64,000 nucleotides of DNA from Planctomycetota bacterium (lineage in GTDB: Bacteria; Planctomycetota; Brocadiia; JAADGH01): NCBI GenBank assembly GCA_040755855.1, contig JBFMAD010000007.1, positions 96,001 through 160,000 of the forward strand, read 5' to 3'. Of this stretch, positions 36,934 to 45,608 are shown piece by piece. How positions within the stretch are numbered: the first letter of the stretch is position 1; each line of letters opens with the position of its first letter. The position numbers were made by a program, and so were the translations under genes. The notes beneath the pieces were generated by a model. It did no database searches and was not told the DNA's origin. It worked only from the letters and a program-made list of their open reading frames with translations.

Positions 36934-37911
36934 TCAATCGAGCGCCTCCGGGTTCACCAAGTTCGGGGGACGCTTGCCCTCAAGGCCCGCCACAAGATTG
37001 TTCGCGGCCATCTCGGCCATCTTTCCCCGCGTCCAGATGGTGGCGCTGGCGGTATGGGGCGCCAGGACGGCGTTTGCGCACTCGGTCAAGCCGGGCTTGA
37101 GTTCCGGCTCGTCCTCATATACGTCCAGCCCCGCCCCGGCGATGGTCTTATTCTTCAGCGCCTCCACGAGGGCCTCCTCATCAATCACCGGTCCGCGCGA
37201 GGTGTTGATCAGGTAGGCCGTCTTCTTCATCAGTCCCAGCTCCCGTTTGCCGATTAGATGCCGCGTTGTATCGTCCAGGACGGTGTGAACTGAGACGAAG
37301 TCAGATTCCTTGAGGAGCGTGTCCAGAGCGACCTGTTTCGCGCCCAGATTCTCCTCCAATTCCTTGTTCTGGTTCAGATCGTGGTAGAGTACCTTCATCT
37401 TGAAGCCGACGGACTTCAGGGCCATGGACGAGCCGATTCGGCCGGCGCCGATGATCCCGAGCGTCCGGCCTGTGATGTCGCCGCCGAGGAACATGGTCGG
37501 CCGCCAGCCGTGAAACTTCCCCGCGCGGGTGAATTTGTCGCTCTCCGCGCACCGTCGCGCCGCCGAAAAGAGCAGCGCCCACGCCATATCGGACGTGGCG
37601 TCGGTCAGCACGCCGGGCGTGTTGCCCACGACGATCTTGCGCCGGCTTGCCTCCTCTACGTCAATGTTGTTGTAACCCACGGCGTAGTTGGAGATGACCT
37701 TGAGCTGCGGGCCGGCAACATCCATAAATTCCTTGTCCACAGTGTCTGTTAGCAGCGTCAGCACGCCGTCGCGGCCCTTGATCTTTCTCAACAGCAGGGA
37801 GCGCGGGTGAATACGGTCCTGGGGATAGACCTCCGCGCCGGGGCAGAAATCCTTGACGATCTGCATCCCCGGCTCCGGGATGATACTCGTAACATAAACA
37901 CTGTAGGACAT
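36934..37911 (-). CDS. D-2-hydroxyacid dehydrogenase (glyoxylate reductase/D-glycerate dehydrogenase family)
   Basis: AVGYNNID, NTPGVLT, GAGRIG, NTSRGPV, GLDVYEDEP, PHTASAT. Confidence 0.92.
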   Translation of the reverse strand: MSYSVYVTSIIPEPGMQIVKDFCPGAEVYPQDRIHPRSLLLRKIKGRDGVLTLLTDTVDKEFMDVAGPQLKVISNYAVGYNNIDVEEASRRKIVVGNTPGVLTDATSDMAWALLFSAARRCAESDKFTRAGKFHGWRPTMFLGGDITGRTLGIIGAGRIGSSMALKSVGFKMKVLYHDLNQNKELEENLGAKQVALDTLLKESDFVSVHTVLDDTTRHLIGKRELGLMKKTAYLINTSRGPVIDEEALVEALKNKTIAGAGLDVYEDEPELKPGLTECANAVLAPHTASATIWTRGKMAEMAANNLVAGLEGKRPPNLVNPEALD

Positions 37912-37967
37912 TTACACGACCCTCCAACGCGGCAACTGGGCCAGGAGCGCCTTCCCCGAAGGGAAAC

Positions 37968-37996
37968 AATTTATCACGCATGGGTGAATCTGTCAA
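37968..37996 (-). promoter_or_regulatory. Sigma70-type promoter for the dehydrogenase-GT2-radical SAM operon
   Basis: Minus strand TTGACA-N17-TAAATT with extended TG. Confidence 0.6.
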
Positions 37997-38027
37997 CCAA
38001 AAAAACTATGCAACGACGGCTTGTGAG

Positions 38028-38067
38028 TTGACACACAGGCGAGCAAGGTGTAATCTTACGCTATAAT
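38028..38067 (+). promoter_or_regulatory. Sigma70-type promoter for the NHLP export operon
   Basis: TTGACA-N17-TAATCT, plus a second TATAAT at 38062. Confidence 0.6.
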
Positions 38068-38133
38068 TGTGGTTGCGCGTCATATTCGAGAAGCGGCCCC
38101 ATCGCCTGGTGAAACGTTCTGCGAGGAACCGAG

Positions 38134-39387
38134 ATGGCAAGCGAAATGTTTCGGAAGAAGGCTCTGGGGAAACTGCAATCCCCCGAGCAGTTGGACGAGA
38201 TGATGAAGGTCACCCGCCCGCGGGGCTGGATCGCGTTGTTGGCCCTGTGCGCCGTGGTGGCCATGGCCGTGTTCTGGGGGATTATCGGCCGCATCCCCAC
38301 GCGGGTCAACGGCGAGGGCATGCTAATCCGCCCTGCCGGCGTGCTGAATGTCCCAGCCAATGGCCAGGGGCCGGTCGCTCGGGTGCTGGTCGAGGAGGGA
38401 GACATGGTGAAGGCGAACCAGGTGGTCACCGAGATCGCTCAGGTGGACCTGCTTGCCCAGATCGCCGAGGCGAAGAGCGAACTGGCCCTCCTGGAGCAGG
38501 AGAACAAGAAGGTCCAGGACTATTGCAAGCAGCAGCGCGACGTGAAGATGGTCTACTACGCCGCGCAGAAAAAGGACCTGGAGTCGGACATCAAGGAGCA
38601 GACGGCGCTTGTGGCCGAGCTCCAGAAAATGGTGGCCAGCATGGAAAGCCTGCGAAAGCGGGAGATCATCTCCGAGCAGGAGCTGACCCAGTCCCGGCAG
38701 GGCCTCCTCCAGGCCGAAATGCAGTTCCGAACCCTCGACACGCAGTTGAACTCCATCCCCACCGATGAGATTGAAACCGAATACACCCTCAGCCTGCGAC
38801 GGTTCGACAGCGAGAAGGCCGTTGATGATGTGAAGCGGAAGATCGAGCTGCTGCAAACGCGCCTCAAGCAGGCCTCGCAGGTAGTCAGTCCCTGCAGTGG
38901 GCGCGTCCTTGAGGTGATGGTGGACGAAGGCGCAGTCGTCAACATCGGCACGTCCGTTCTCAGCGTGGAGATGCTCGATCAGACCATGGAGGCGGCCATC
39001 TTCATCTCCGACAAAGCGGGGAAGAAGGTGCAGAAGAACATGATTGTCGAGATCACCCCCGCCACAGTGAAGCGGGAGGAATATGGCTACATCATTGCTC
39101 GGGTGAAAAACGTCAGCGAATTCCCCTCCACCCGCGACGGCATGATGAGACTGCTGCACAACGAGACGCTGGTGGACCAGCTTTCGAGCGGCGGCGTGCC
39201 CATACAGGTTAACGCGAGCCTTGAGGTGGACGAAAGCACCCCGAGCGGGTACCACTGGTCGTCCCGCCATGGCCCGCGTCTCAGGATATCCAGCGGCACG
39301 CTGTGCACGGGAAGCGTCGTCGTCCGCGAGCAGCCGCCCATCACCTTGGTCATCCCCTTCCTCAAGAGGTTCTTCGGCCTGACATGA
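38134..39387 (+). CDS. NHLP/NHLM bacteriocin system secretion protein (HlyD-family membrane fusion protein)
   Basis: FRKKAL.KLQSPEQLD N-terminus, TM helix, coiled coil, P.TVKREEYG, SGYHWSS..GP. Confidence 0.93.
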   Translation: MASEMFRKKALGKLQSPEQLDEMMKVTRPRGWIALLALCAVVAMAVFWGIIGRIPTRVNGEGMLIRPAGVLNVPANGQGPVARVLVEEGDMVKANQVVTEIAQVDLLAQIAEAKSELALLEQENKKVQDYCKQQRDVKMVYYAAQKKDLESDIKEQTALVAELQKMVASMESLRKREIISEQELTQSRQGLLQAEMQFRTLDTQLNSIPTDEIETEYTLSLRRFDSEKAVDDVKRKIELLQTRLKQASQVVSPCSGRVLEVMVDEGAVVNIGTSVLSVEMLDQTMEAAIFISDKAGKKVQKNMIVEITPATVKREEYGYIIARVKNVSEFPSTRDGMMRLLHNETLVDQLSSGGVPIQVNASLEVDESTPSGYHWSSRHGPRLRISSGTLCTGSVVVREQPPITLVIPFLKRFFGLT

Positions 39388-41591
39388 GCGAAGAGCAAGA
39401 AACGCCGGTGGCATCGGAGACAAAGGCAAAACCGCCGCGCAGGAGGCGCGTGCACACGCCAACCGTCATCCAGATGGAGGCGGTCGAGTGCGGCGCCGCC
39501 GCCCTCGGCATGGTGCTCGCCTACTACGGGCGGTTCGTCCCGCTGGAGCAGCTCCGCCTCGACTGCGGCGTATCCCGCGACGGCAGCAAGGCCAGCAACA
39601 TGGTCAAGGCCGCACGTAGCTACGGTCTCGAAGCCAAGGGATGGATGAAGGACCCGACCGATCTGAAGTTCCTCGACCTGCCCATCATCGTCTTCTGGAA
39701 CTTCAACCACTTCGTCGTCGTCGATGGATTTGACAAGAGGCGGTGGTATCTCAATGACCCCGGCACAGGCCCGCGCTCCGTCTCGAATGACGAATTCGAC
39801 GAGTCCTTCACCGGCGTGGCGCTCACCTTCAAACCAACCCCGGAATTCAAGAAAGGCGGCGACAAGCCCCGCCTCAGCCGGGCCCTTCGCAAACGCGCCA
39901 GAGGCGCCGCGCTGCCCCTCGCCTATGCCGTCATCGCCGGCCTCGCCCTCGTCGTGCCGGGGCTGGTGATCCCCACCTTCGCCAAAATCTTCGTGGACCA
40001 GTACCTCATCAACGCGATGGCCTACTGGGTCCGCCCCCTCCTCCTTGGCATGGGCGTCACGGCGGTTCTCTACGCACTCCTTACCTGGCTCCAGCAGTAC
40101 TGCCTTTGCCGGCTGGAGATCAAGCTGGCCCTCACCTTCTCGGGCAGGTTCTTCCACCACGTCCTGCGCCTCCCCACAGAGTTTTTCGCCCAGCGCTACG
40201 GCGGCGACATCGCCTCCCGCGTCCTGCTCAACGACAAGGTCGCCCAGCTGCTTTCCGGCCAATTGGCCACAAACCTCCTGAACTGCTTTATGGTCGCCTT
40301 CTACGCCCTGCTCATGTACCAGTACGACGCTACCATGACCCTCGTGGGCGTCGCCATCGCCATGACCAACCTCCTGGCCCTCCGAGTCGTCTCGCGCAAA
40401 CGAACCGACCTGAACAAACGAATGCTCCAGAACCAGGCCAAACTCATCGGCACGGCCATGAACGGCATCCAGATGATGGAGACCCTCAAGGCCACCGGCA
40501 GCGAGGCCGACTTCTTTGCCCGTTGGGCCGGGTACAAGGCCAAGACCCTCAACGCCGAACAGGGCCTCGGCGTCTATACCCAGCTCCTAAACGTCGTACC
40601 TCCCCTGCTCACATCCCTCAACACGGCCTGCATGATCGGGCTGGGCGGCCTGCGTGTCATGCAGGGCGTCATCACCATCGGCGAGCTCGTGGCCTTCCAG
40701 AGCCTCATGCTCAGCTTCAGCCTGCCCATCAATCAGCTGGTCATGCTCGGCAGCCAGCTCCAGGAGGCCGAGGGCGACATGAACCGCATAGACGACGTCC
40801 TGAACTATGACCAGGACCGCGAGCTGGTAGAGTCCGAGCACGCCGAGACCGAGGGCGGCGACCTCGCCAAGCTGTGTGGAACGCTGCAGTTGAAAGACAT
40901 CACCTTCGGCTACAGCAAGCTGGATGAACCGCTTATCGAGGGCTTCAACCTGACGCTTGAACCCGGCAGCCGTGTGGCGTTGGTCGGCGCGTCGGGCAGC
41001 GGAAAATCCACCGTATCCAAGCTCATTTGCGGCCTCTTCGAGCCGTGGGCGGGCGAGATACTCTTCGACGACAAGCCCAGGGCAAAGAACCCCCGCCGCG
41101 TCCTCACCAGCTCCCTCGGCCTGGTTGACCAGGACATCCTCCTCTTTGAGGGGACCGTCCGCGAGAACCTCGCCCTGTGGGACCCCAGCATCCCCGATGA
41201 GGACATCATCCAGGCCGCGCGCGACGCCTGCATCCATGAGGACATCGCCGCGCGAGCCGGAGGTTACGACAGCAAGGTGGACGAGGGCGGTCTGAACTTC
41301 AGCGGCGGCCAGCGTCAGCGATTGGAGATCGCCCGCGTCCTGGCCATGAATCCTTCCATCCTCGTCCTCGACGAGGCCACCAGCGCCCTCGACCCACTCA
41401 CGGAAAAATTGATTGACGACGCCCTGCGGCGGCGGGGGTGCACCTGTGTGATTGTCGCCCATCGCCTGAGCACCATCCGAGACTGCGATGAGATCATTGT
41501 TCTGGACCGCGGCAAGGTCGCGCAGCGGGGGACGCACGACGAACTGGTCAAGGCCGGGGGGGCCTATTACGATCTGATCAAGGACCAATGA
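39384..41591 (+). CDS. NHLP-family ABC exporter, C39 peptidase/permease/ATPase
   Basis: TPTVIQMEAVECGAAAL (catalytic Cys), CGVSRDG, WNFNHFVV (His), NDP; GASGSGKS, SGGQRQR, DEATSALD; ATGA coupling with HlyD gene. Confidence 0.95.
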   Translation: MSEEQETPVASETKAKPPRRRRVHTPTVIQMEAVECGAAALGMVLAYYGRFVPLEQLRLDCGVSRDGSKASNMVKAARSYGLEAKGWMKDPTDLKFLDLPIIVFWNFNHFVVVDGFDKRRWYLNDPGTGPRSVSNDEFDESFTGVALTFKPTPEFKKGGDKPRLSRALRKRARGAALPLAYAVIAGLALVVPGLVIPTFAKIFVDQYLINAMAYWVRPLLLGMGVTAVLYALLTWLQQYCLCRLEIKLALTFSGRFFHHVLRLPTEFFAQRYGGDIASRVLLNDKVAQLLSGQLATNLLNCFMVAFYALLMYQYDATMTLVGVAIAMTNLLALRVVSRKRTDLNKRMLQNQAKLIGTAMNGIQMMETLKATGSEADFFARWAGYKAKTLNAEQGLGVYTQLLNVVPPLLTSLNTACMIGLGGLRVMQGVITIGELVAFQSLMLSFSLPINQLVMLGSQLQEAEGDMNRIDDVLNYDQDRELVESEHAETEGGDLAKLCGTLQLKDITFGYSKLDEPLIEGFNLTLEPGSRVALVGASGSGKSTVSKLICGLFEPWAGEILFDDKPRAKNPRRVLTSSLGLVDQDILLFEGTVRENLALWDPSIPDEDIIQAARDACIHEDIAARAGGYDSKVDEGGLNFSGGQRQRLEIARVLAMNPSILVLDEATSALDPLTEKLIDDALRRRGCTCVIVAHRLSTIRDCDEIIVLDRGKVAQRGTHDELVKAGGAYYDLIKDQ

Positions 41592-44497
41592 CAGATACCG
41601 GCAAACTCAACCAGATTCTCAGCCAGGAAGGAACGCCCCTCGACGTGGGCGCCAACCAGCCATTCCTGCTGGACGATCCTCAGAGCGTCTGGCTCATCCA
41701 GTCCGGGATGATTGATGTATTTTCCGTAGATGTGAAGGACGGAAAGGCTGCGGGGACGCGAAGTCATCTATTCCGCCTCGATGCCGGCGACCTGCTGATG
41801 GGAATGCCCCACAAGGGCGAAGCCGGCGCGCTGGCTGTGGCCGGAATCGGTACGAAACTGGTCAAGGTACCCCAGGCGCGATTCAAGGTCCTTGCGCGAG
41901 AGGCAGACCATGCCGACGCCGCTGTCGCATGGATCGAGAAGTGGACGACCGGCCTGCTCTCCGGGCTTTCCAAACCCGGCCTTATGCCGAAGGATGCCCA
42001 GGAACTGTCGCCCGGACAAGAGGCAGCGGTGGAGGCGGGCCAATCCATCCGCGTCCGGGGAGGCATCCTCTGGGTGATCCATTCCGACGGCGCACTGCGC
42101 TTCGTCGGCCGCGACGACCTCCCTGTTCTCCAAAAGGATTGCTTCTTCCCACTCAGCGAGACCGCTTGGCTCGTCGCCTCCGAGACGGGTACGATCCGTG
42201 CAACCGACACGATAGCCTTGCTGCGTGAAAATTCGATCTGGCCTGTCCTGGATGTCTTGCACGAACATGCCTTGGCGTGCATCCGCCAGGACCGGCTGTT
42301 GACCGCCCGCCGTGACGAAGGACGCATGGCGGCGACCGCCGAGGTGGACGATCGCGCCCTGGAAAATGTCGCCCTTCGGCTCACATCCGTCCTTGTCCCC
42401 GATGTGGAAAGATACGCCCACGTCTCGGGCGACATGCTCCTCGAGGCCTGCCGGCTGGTGGGCAAGGCGGCGGGGATCAAGATCGTGCCCCATCCCACCG
42501 GCGGCCGAACAGTGAAACACATTGACCCGATGGAGAACCTCGCCAAAGCATCCCGATTTCGCACACGAAAGGTCCTCCTGGAGGATGGTTGGTGGCGGCG
42601 AGACGCCGGGCCAATGCTGGGATACATCGAAGAGGGAAAACGTCCCGTCGCCATGTTGCCCGCATCGCCGGGTCGCTATGTCCTCCACGACCCATCCGAA
42701 AAAAGTCAGAGGCGTGTGAACGCCCGGGTGGCCGCTACGCTCGATCCATTCGCCTATGTCTTTTATCGCACCTTCCCGGACCAGACCCTAACCGGGCGAG
42801 AGATGGTTCGCTTCGGGTTGTTCAAATGCGGACGGGACATTGGACGGATCGTGGTAATGGGCATCGCCGTGGGCCTGCTGGGGCTGGTCACTCCCATCGT
42901 CACCAACCTCCTCTTCGACTCGGTCGTTCCCAGCGCCAAGCTGGATCAGTTAGCAACCATTGTATCGGCATTGATTGTGAGCGCACTGGCGGTCTCCGCT
43001 TTCCATATCGTCCGCGGGTTCACCATCCTGCGAATCGAAAGCAAGATGGACGGATCGCTTGAGGCGGCCGTCTGGGACCGGCTGCTGAATTTGCCGTTGC
43101 CCTTCTTCCGGGACTATACGGCAGGCGACCTGGCCCTGCGGGCCAGCGGGGTCGGCCTGGTCCGGCAGATGCTTTCCGGAGCGGTGGTGGGGGCCTTCCT
43201 CGACAGCATTTTCTCCATCTTCAACATCATCCTGCTCTTCTACTACAGTTGGGTACTGGCGCTGGTGGCGGTGGTGATCTTGATCGTCGGGGTGTTGATC
43301 AGTCTGCTGTCCGTCTGGGTGCAGTATCGCTACCAGCGTCCGTTGTTCAATATTCAGGGCCGAATCCAAGGGCTCGTCTTGCAGTTCATTTCCGGCATCG
43401 CAAAGCTCCGCGTCGCCGGCGCCGAGAAACGGGCTCTCTCGGCCTGGGCGGAGATGTTCGCCGACCAGAAACGTCTCTCCTACATGGCCCAACGGGTGAA
43501 TGCGGCGTTCGTGGTGTTCACCAGCGTGCTGCCTTTGCTGTCGTCGGGGATTATCTTCGGCTGGTTCGCGTTCTCCGGCAGCCCATCACTAAAACGGGTG
43601 AGTGTGGGCAACTTCCTCGCCTTCACGACGGCCCTCACGAATGTTGTCGTCGGCGGGACCACCATGCTTTCGTCCCTGATCCCGGCCCTCCTGGCCGGGC
43701 CGCTAGCCGAGCGCATCATGCCCATCGTCCGCGCCCAGCCGGAGGTGGATGTGCGCAAGGCCCAGCCCGCGGAACTGGGCGGCCGCATCGAGGTGAACCA
43801 CGTCTCGTTCCGCTACTCGGAGGACGGCCCACAGATTCTCAAGGATGTCTCCCTCGCCGTAGAGCCGGGCGAGTTCGTCGCCATCGTCGGGCCGTCGGGA
43901 TCGGGCAAGTCAACGCTGTTCCGGTTGCTTCTGGGCTTCGAATTCCCCCAGGCCGGGTCGGTGTATTACGACGAGCAGGACATCGCCGGACTGGACATCC
44001 AGGCGCTGCGCCGGCAGATCGGGGTGGTCCTCCAAACATCGAAAGTGATGCCGGGCTCCATCTTCGACAACATCATCGGCGCGTCGCTCCTTACCATGGA
44101 CGACGCCTTGGAGGCGGCGCGGATGTGCGGTCTGGAGGGCGACATAAAGGAGATGCCGATGGGCATGCACACCGTCGTGGCCGAGGGAGGGACGGGCCTT
44201 TCCGGCGGGCAGCGCCAACGCATCCTCATCGCCCGCGCCGTCGTCCACAAGCCGCGAATACTGTTCTTCGACGAGGCCACCAGCGCCCTCGACAACCGCA
44301 CCCAGGCAATCGTGAGCCGGAGCTTGGAGCAGCTCAACGCAACCCGCGTCGTCATCGCCCACCGCCTGAGCACCATCATCAACGCCGACCGGATCTACGT
44401 CCTCGTCAACGGCCAGATCGTCCAGGTGGGGAACTACCAGGAGCTGGTGAGCCAGAAGGGCATCTTCGCCGAGCTTGCCAAGCGGCAGGTGATCTGA
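41588..44497 (+). CDS. NHLP-family ABC exporter, permease/ATPase subunit without active peptidase
   Basis: N-terminal cNMP-like region (LDDP..VWLI.SG.IDVF), R.V.L..GWWR.D.GP, FYRTFP; GPSGSGKS, LSGGQRQR, DEATSALDN. Confidence 0.93.
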   Translation: MTDTGKLNQILSQEGTPLDVGANQPFLLDDPQSVWLIQSGMIDVFSVDVKDGKAAGTRSHLFRLDAGDLLMGMPHKGEAGALAVAGIGTKLVKVPQARFKVLAREADHADAAVAWIEKWTTGLLSGLSKPGLMPKDAQELSPGQEAAVEAGQSIRVRGGILWVIHSDGALRFVGRDDLPVLQKDCFFPLSETAWLVASETGTIRATDTIALLRENSIWPVLDVLHEHALACIRQDRLLTARRDEGRMAATAEVDDRALENVALRLTSVLVPDVERYAHVSGDMLLEACRLVGKAAGIKIVPHPTGGRTVKHIDPMENLAKASRFRTRKVLLEDGWWRRDAGPMLGYIEEGKRPVAMLPASPGRYVLHDPSEKSQRRVNARVAATLDPFAYVFYRTFPDQTLTGREMVRFGLFKCGRDIGRIVVMGIAVGLLGLVTPIVTNLLFDSVVPSAKLDQLATIVSALIVSALAVSAFHIVRGFTILRIESKMDGSLEAAVWDRLLNLPLPFFRDYTAGDLALRASGVGLVRQMLSGAVVGAFLDSIFSIFNIILLFYYSWVLALVAVVILIVGVLISLLSVWVQYRYQRPLFNIQGRIQGLVLQFISGIAKLRVAGAEKRALSAWAEMFADQKRLSYMAQRVNAAFVVFTSVLPLLSSGIIFGWFAFSGSPSLKRVSVGNFLAFTTALTNVVVGGTTMLSSLIPALLAGPLAERIMPIVRAQPEVDVRKAQPAELGGRIEVNHVSFRYSEDGPQILKDVSLAVEPGEFVAIVGPSGSGKSTLFRLLLGFEFPQAGSVYYDEQDIAGLDIQALRRQIGVVLQTSKVMPGSIFDNIIGASLLTMDDALEAARMCGLEGDIKEMPMGMHTVVAEGGTGLSGGQRQRILIARAVVHKPRILFFDEATSALDNRTQAIVSRSLEQLNATRVVIAHRLSTIINADRIYVLVNGQIVQVGNYQELVSQKGIFAELAKRQVI

Positions 44498-44524
44498 ATT
44501 TGAGCGAAAGAAAGGAAATTGAGC

Positions 44525-45538
44525 ATGGCCTCGCCGGAACTCGTGAGCGAAATTCCAAAGAGAATGCTTGCGGCCAGGATGGTGGGCCTGAAAAAGTTTG
44601 AGTTCGGGGATATTCCGGTTCCACGGCCCGGCCCGAGGCAAATCCTTGTGCGCATCGAGAGAGTGGGCGTGTGCGGATCGGATCGCGGCATCTGGGCGGG
44701 ACGCCATTTCTACAACGATCTGTATCGTTGGCAGGACTTCGGCTGGGGCGAACACGGCCACGAAATATCCGGCGTCGTTATGGAGGTCGGGGAAGACGTT
44801 GAGGGAATACAGATTGGGCATCATGTGGCTGCTCTTCCAATGCGCGGCTGGGCACAGTATCTGGCGGCGACTGTGTCAAGCCCCGGCGGCCCGCCGCGCG
44901 GCTTGTCGCCGGTGTGTGCGCCCGGCGCCGACCTGGACATGATCTGCTTTGCGGACCCGCTCATGGTCGCACTGCGGCACGTGGAGGCGGCGCGGGTGTA
45001 CCCCGGCGATACTGTCGCCGTGCTCGGCCAGGGCTTTATCGGTCTTCTCGTCACGCAGCTTCTCGTTCAGCAGCACATTCGCGTCCTGGCGACGGACGTT
45101 CGAGAGAAGTGCCTTGCCCATGCAAAACGATTTGGCGCGGAAACGCTTGTCGCCGGTGATCCGGATTGGATTCGCAAGATCACCGACATGGGGCAAGGAC
45201 AAATCCGTTCGGTCATCGAGTGCTCTGGCGCGGATGCCTCGCTCTATCATGCAGGGGATATCGTCGCAGCCGACGGGACGGTGGTGGTGATGGGAGCAAC
45301 GCGCAAGGAAATCAAGATGCATTATACGCCTTTGCGAATGAAGGGGATTGACGTGCGCTTCCCCGCCAGAGGAGCACGCGACTGGTGGGGACCCGCAGTG
45401 CGTATTTTAGCCGATGGCGGAGTGGAGGCAGCTTCGCTCATTGACCATCGCGCGCCGTTGGATAAGCTCCAGGAGACCTTTGAGAACTGGGACCCCGGCT
45501 GGATCAAAGTCGTTGTCCATCCGCATGGGGTGACATGA
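44525..45538 (+). CDS. Zinc-binding (MDR) dehydrogenase
   Basis: GVCGSD and GHE catalytic Zn ligands, GQGFIG; no structural Zn Cys cluster. Confidence 0.85.
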   Translation: MASPELVSEIPKRMLAARMVGLKKFEFGDIPVPRPGPRQILVRIERVGVCGSDRGIWAGRHFYNDLYRWQDFGWGEHGHEISGVVMEVGEDVEGIQIGHHVAALPMRGWAQYLAATVSSPGGPPRGLSPVCAPGADLDMICFADPLMVALRHVEAARVYPGDTVAVLGQGFIGLLVTQLLVQQHIRVLATDVREKCLAHAKRFGAETLVAGDPDWIRKITDMGQGQIRSVIECSGADASLYHAGDIVAADGTVVVMGATRKEIKMHYTPLRMKGIDVRFPARGARDWWGPAVRILADGGVEAASLIDHRAPLDKLQETFENWDPGWIKVVVHPHGVT

Positions 45539-45608
45539 GAATGGGGTGGTGACACCTCTCACTTGGCATCTAATTTTTCTTTCGTGCGCCGTGAGGTGAG
45601 AGATCGTC

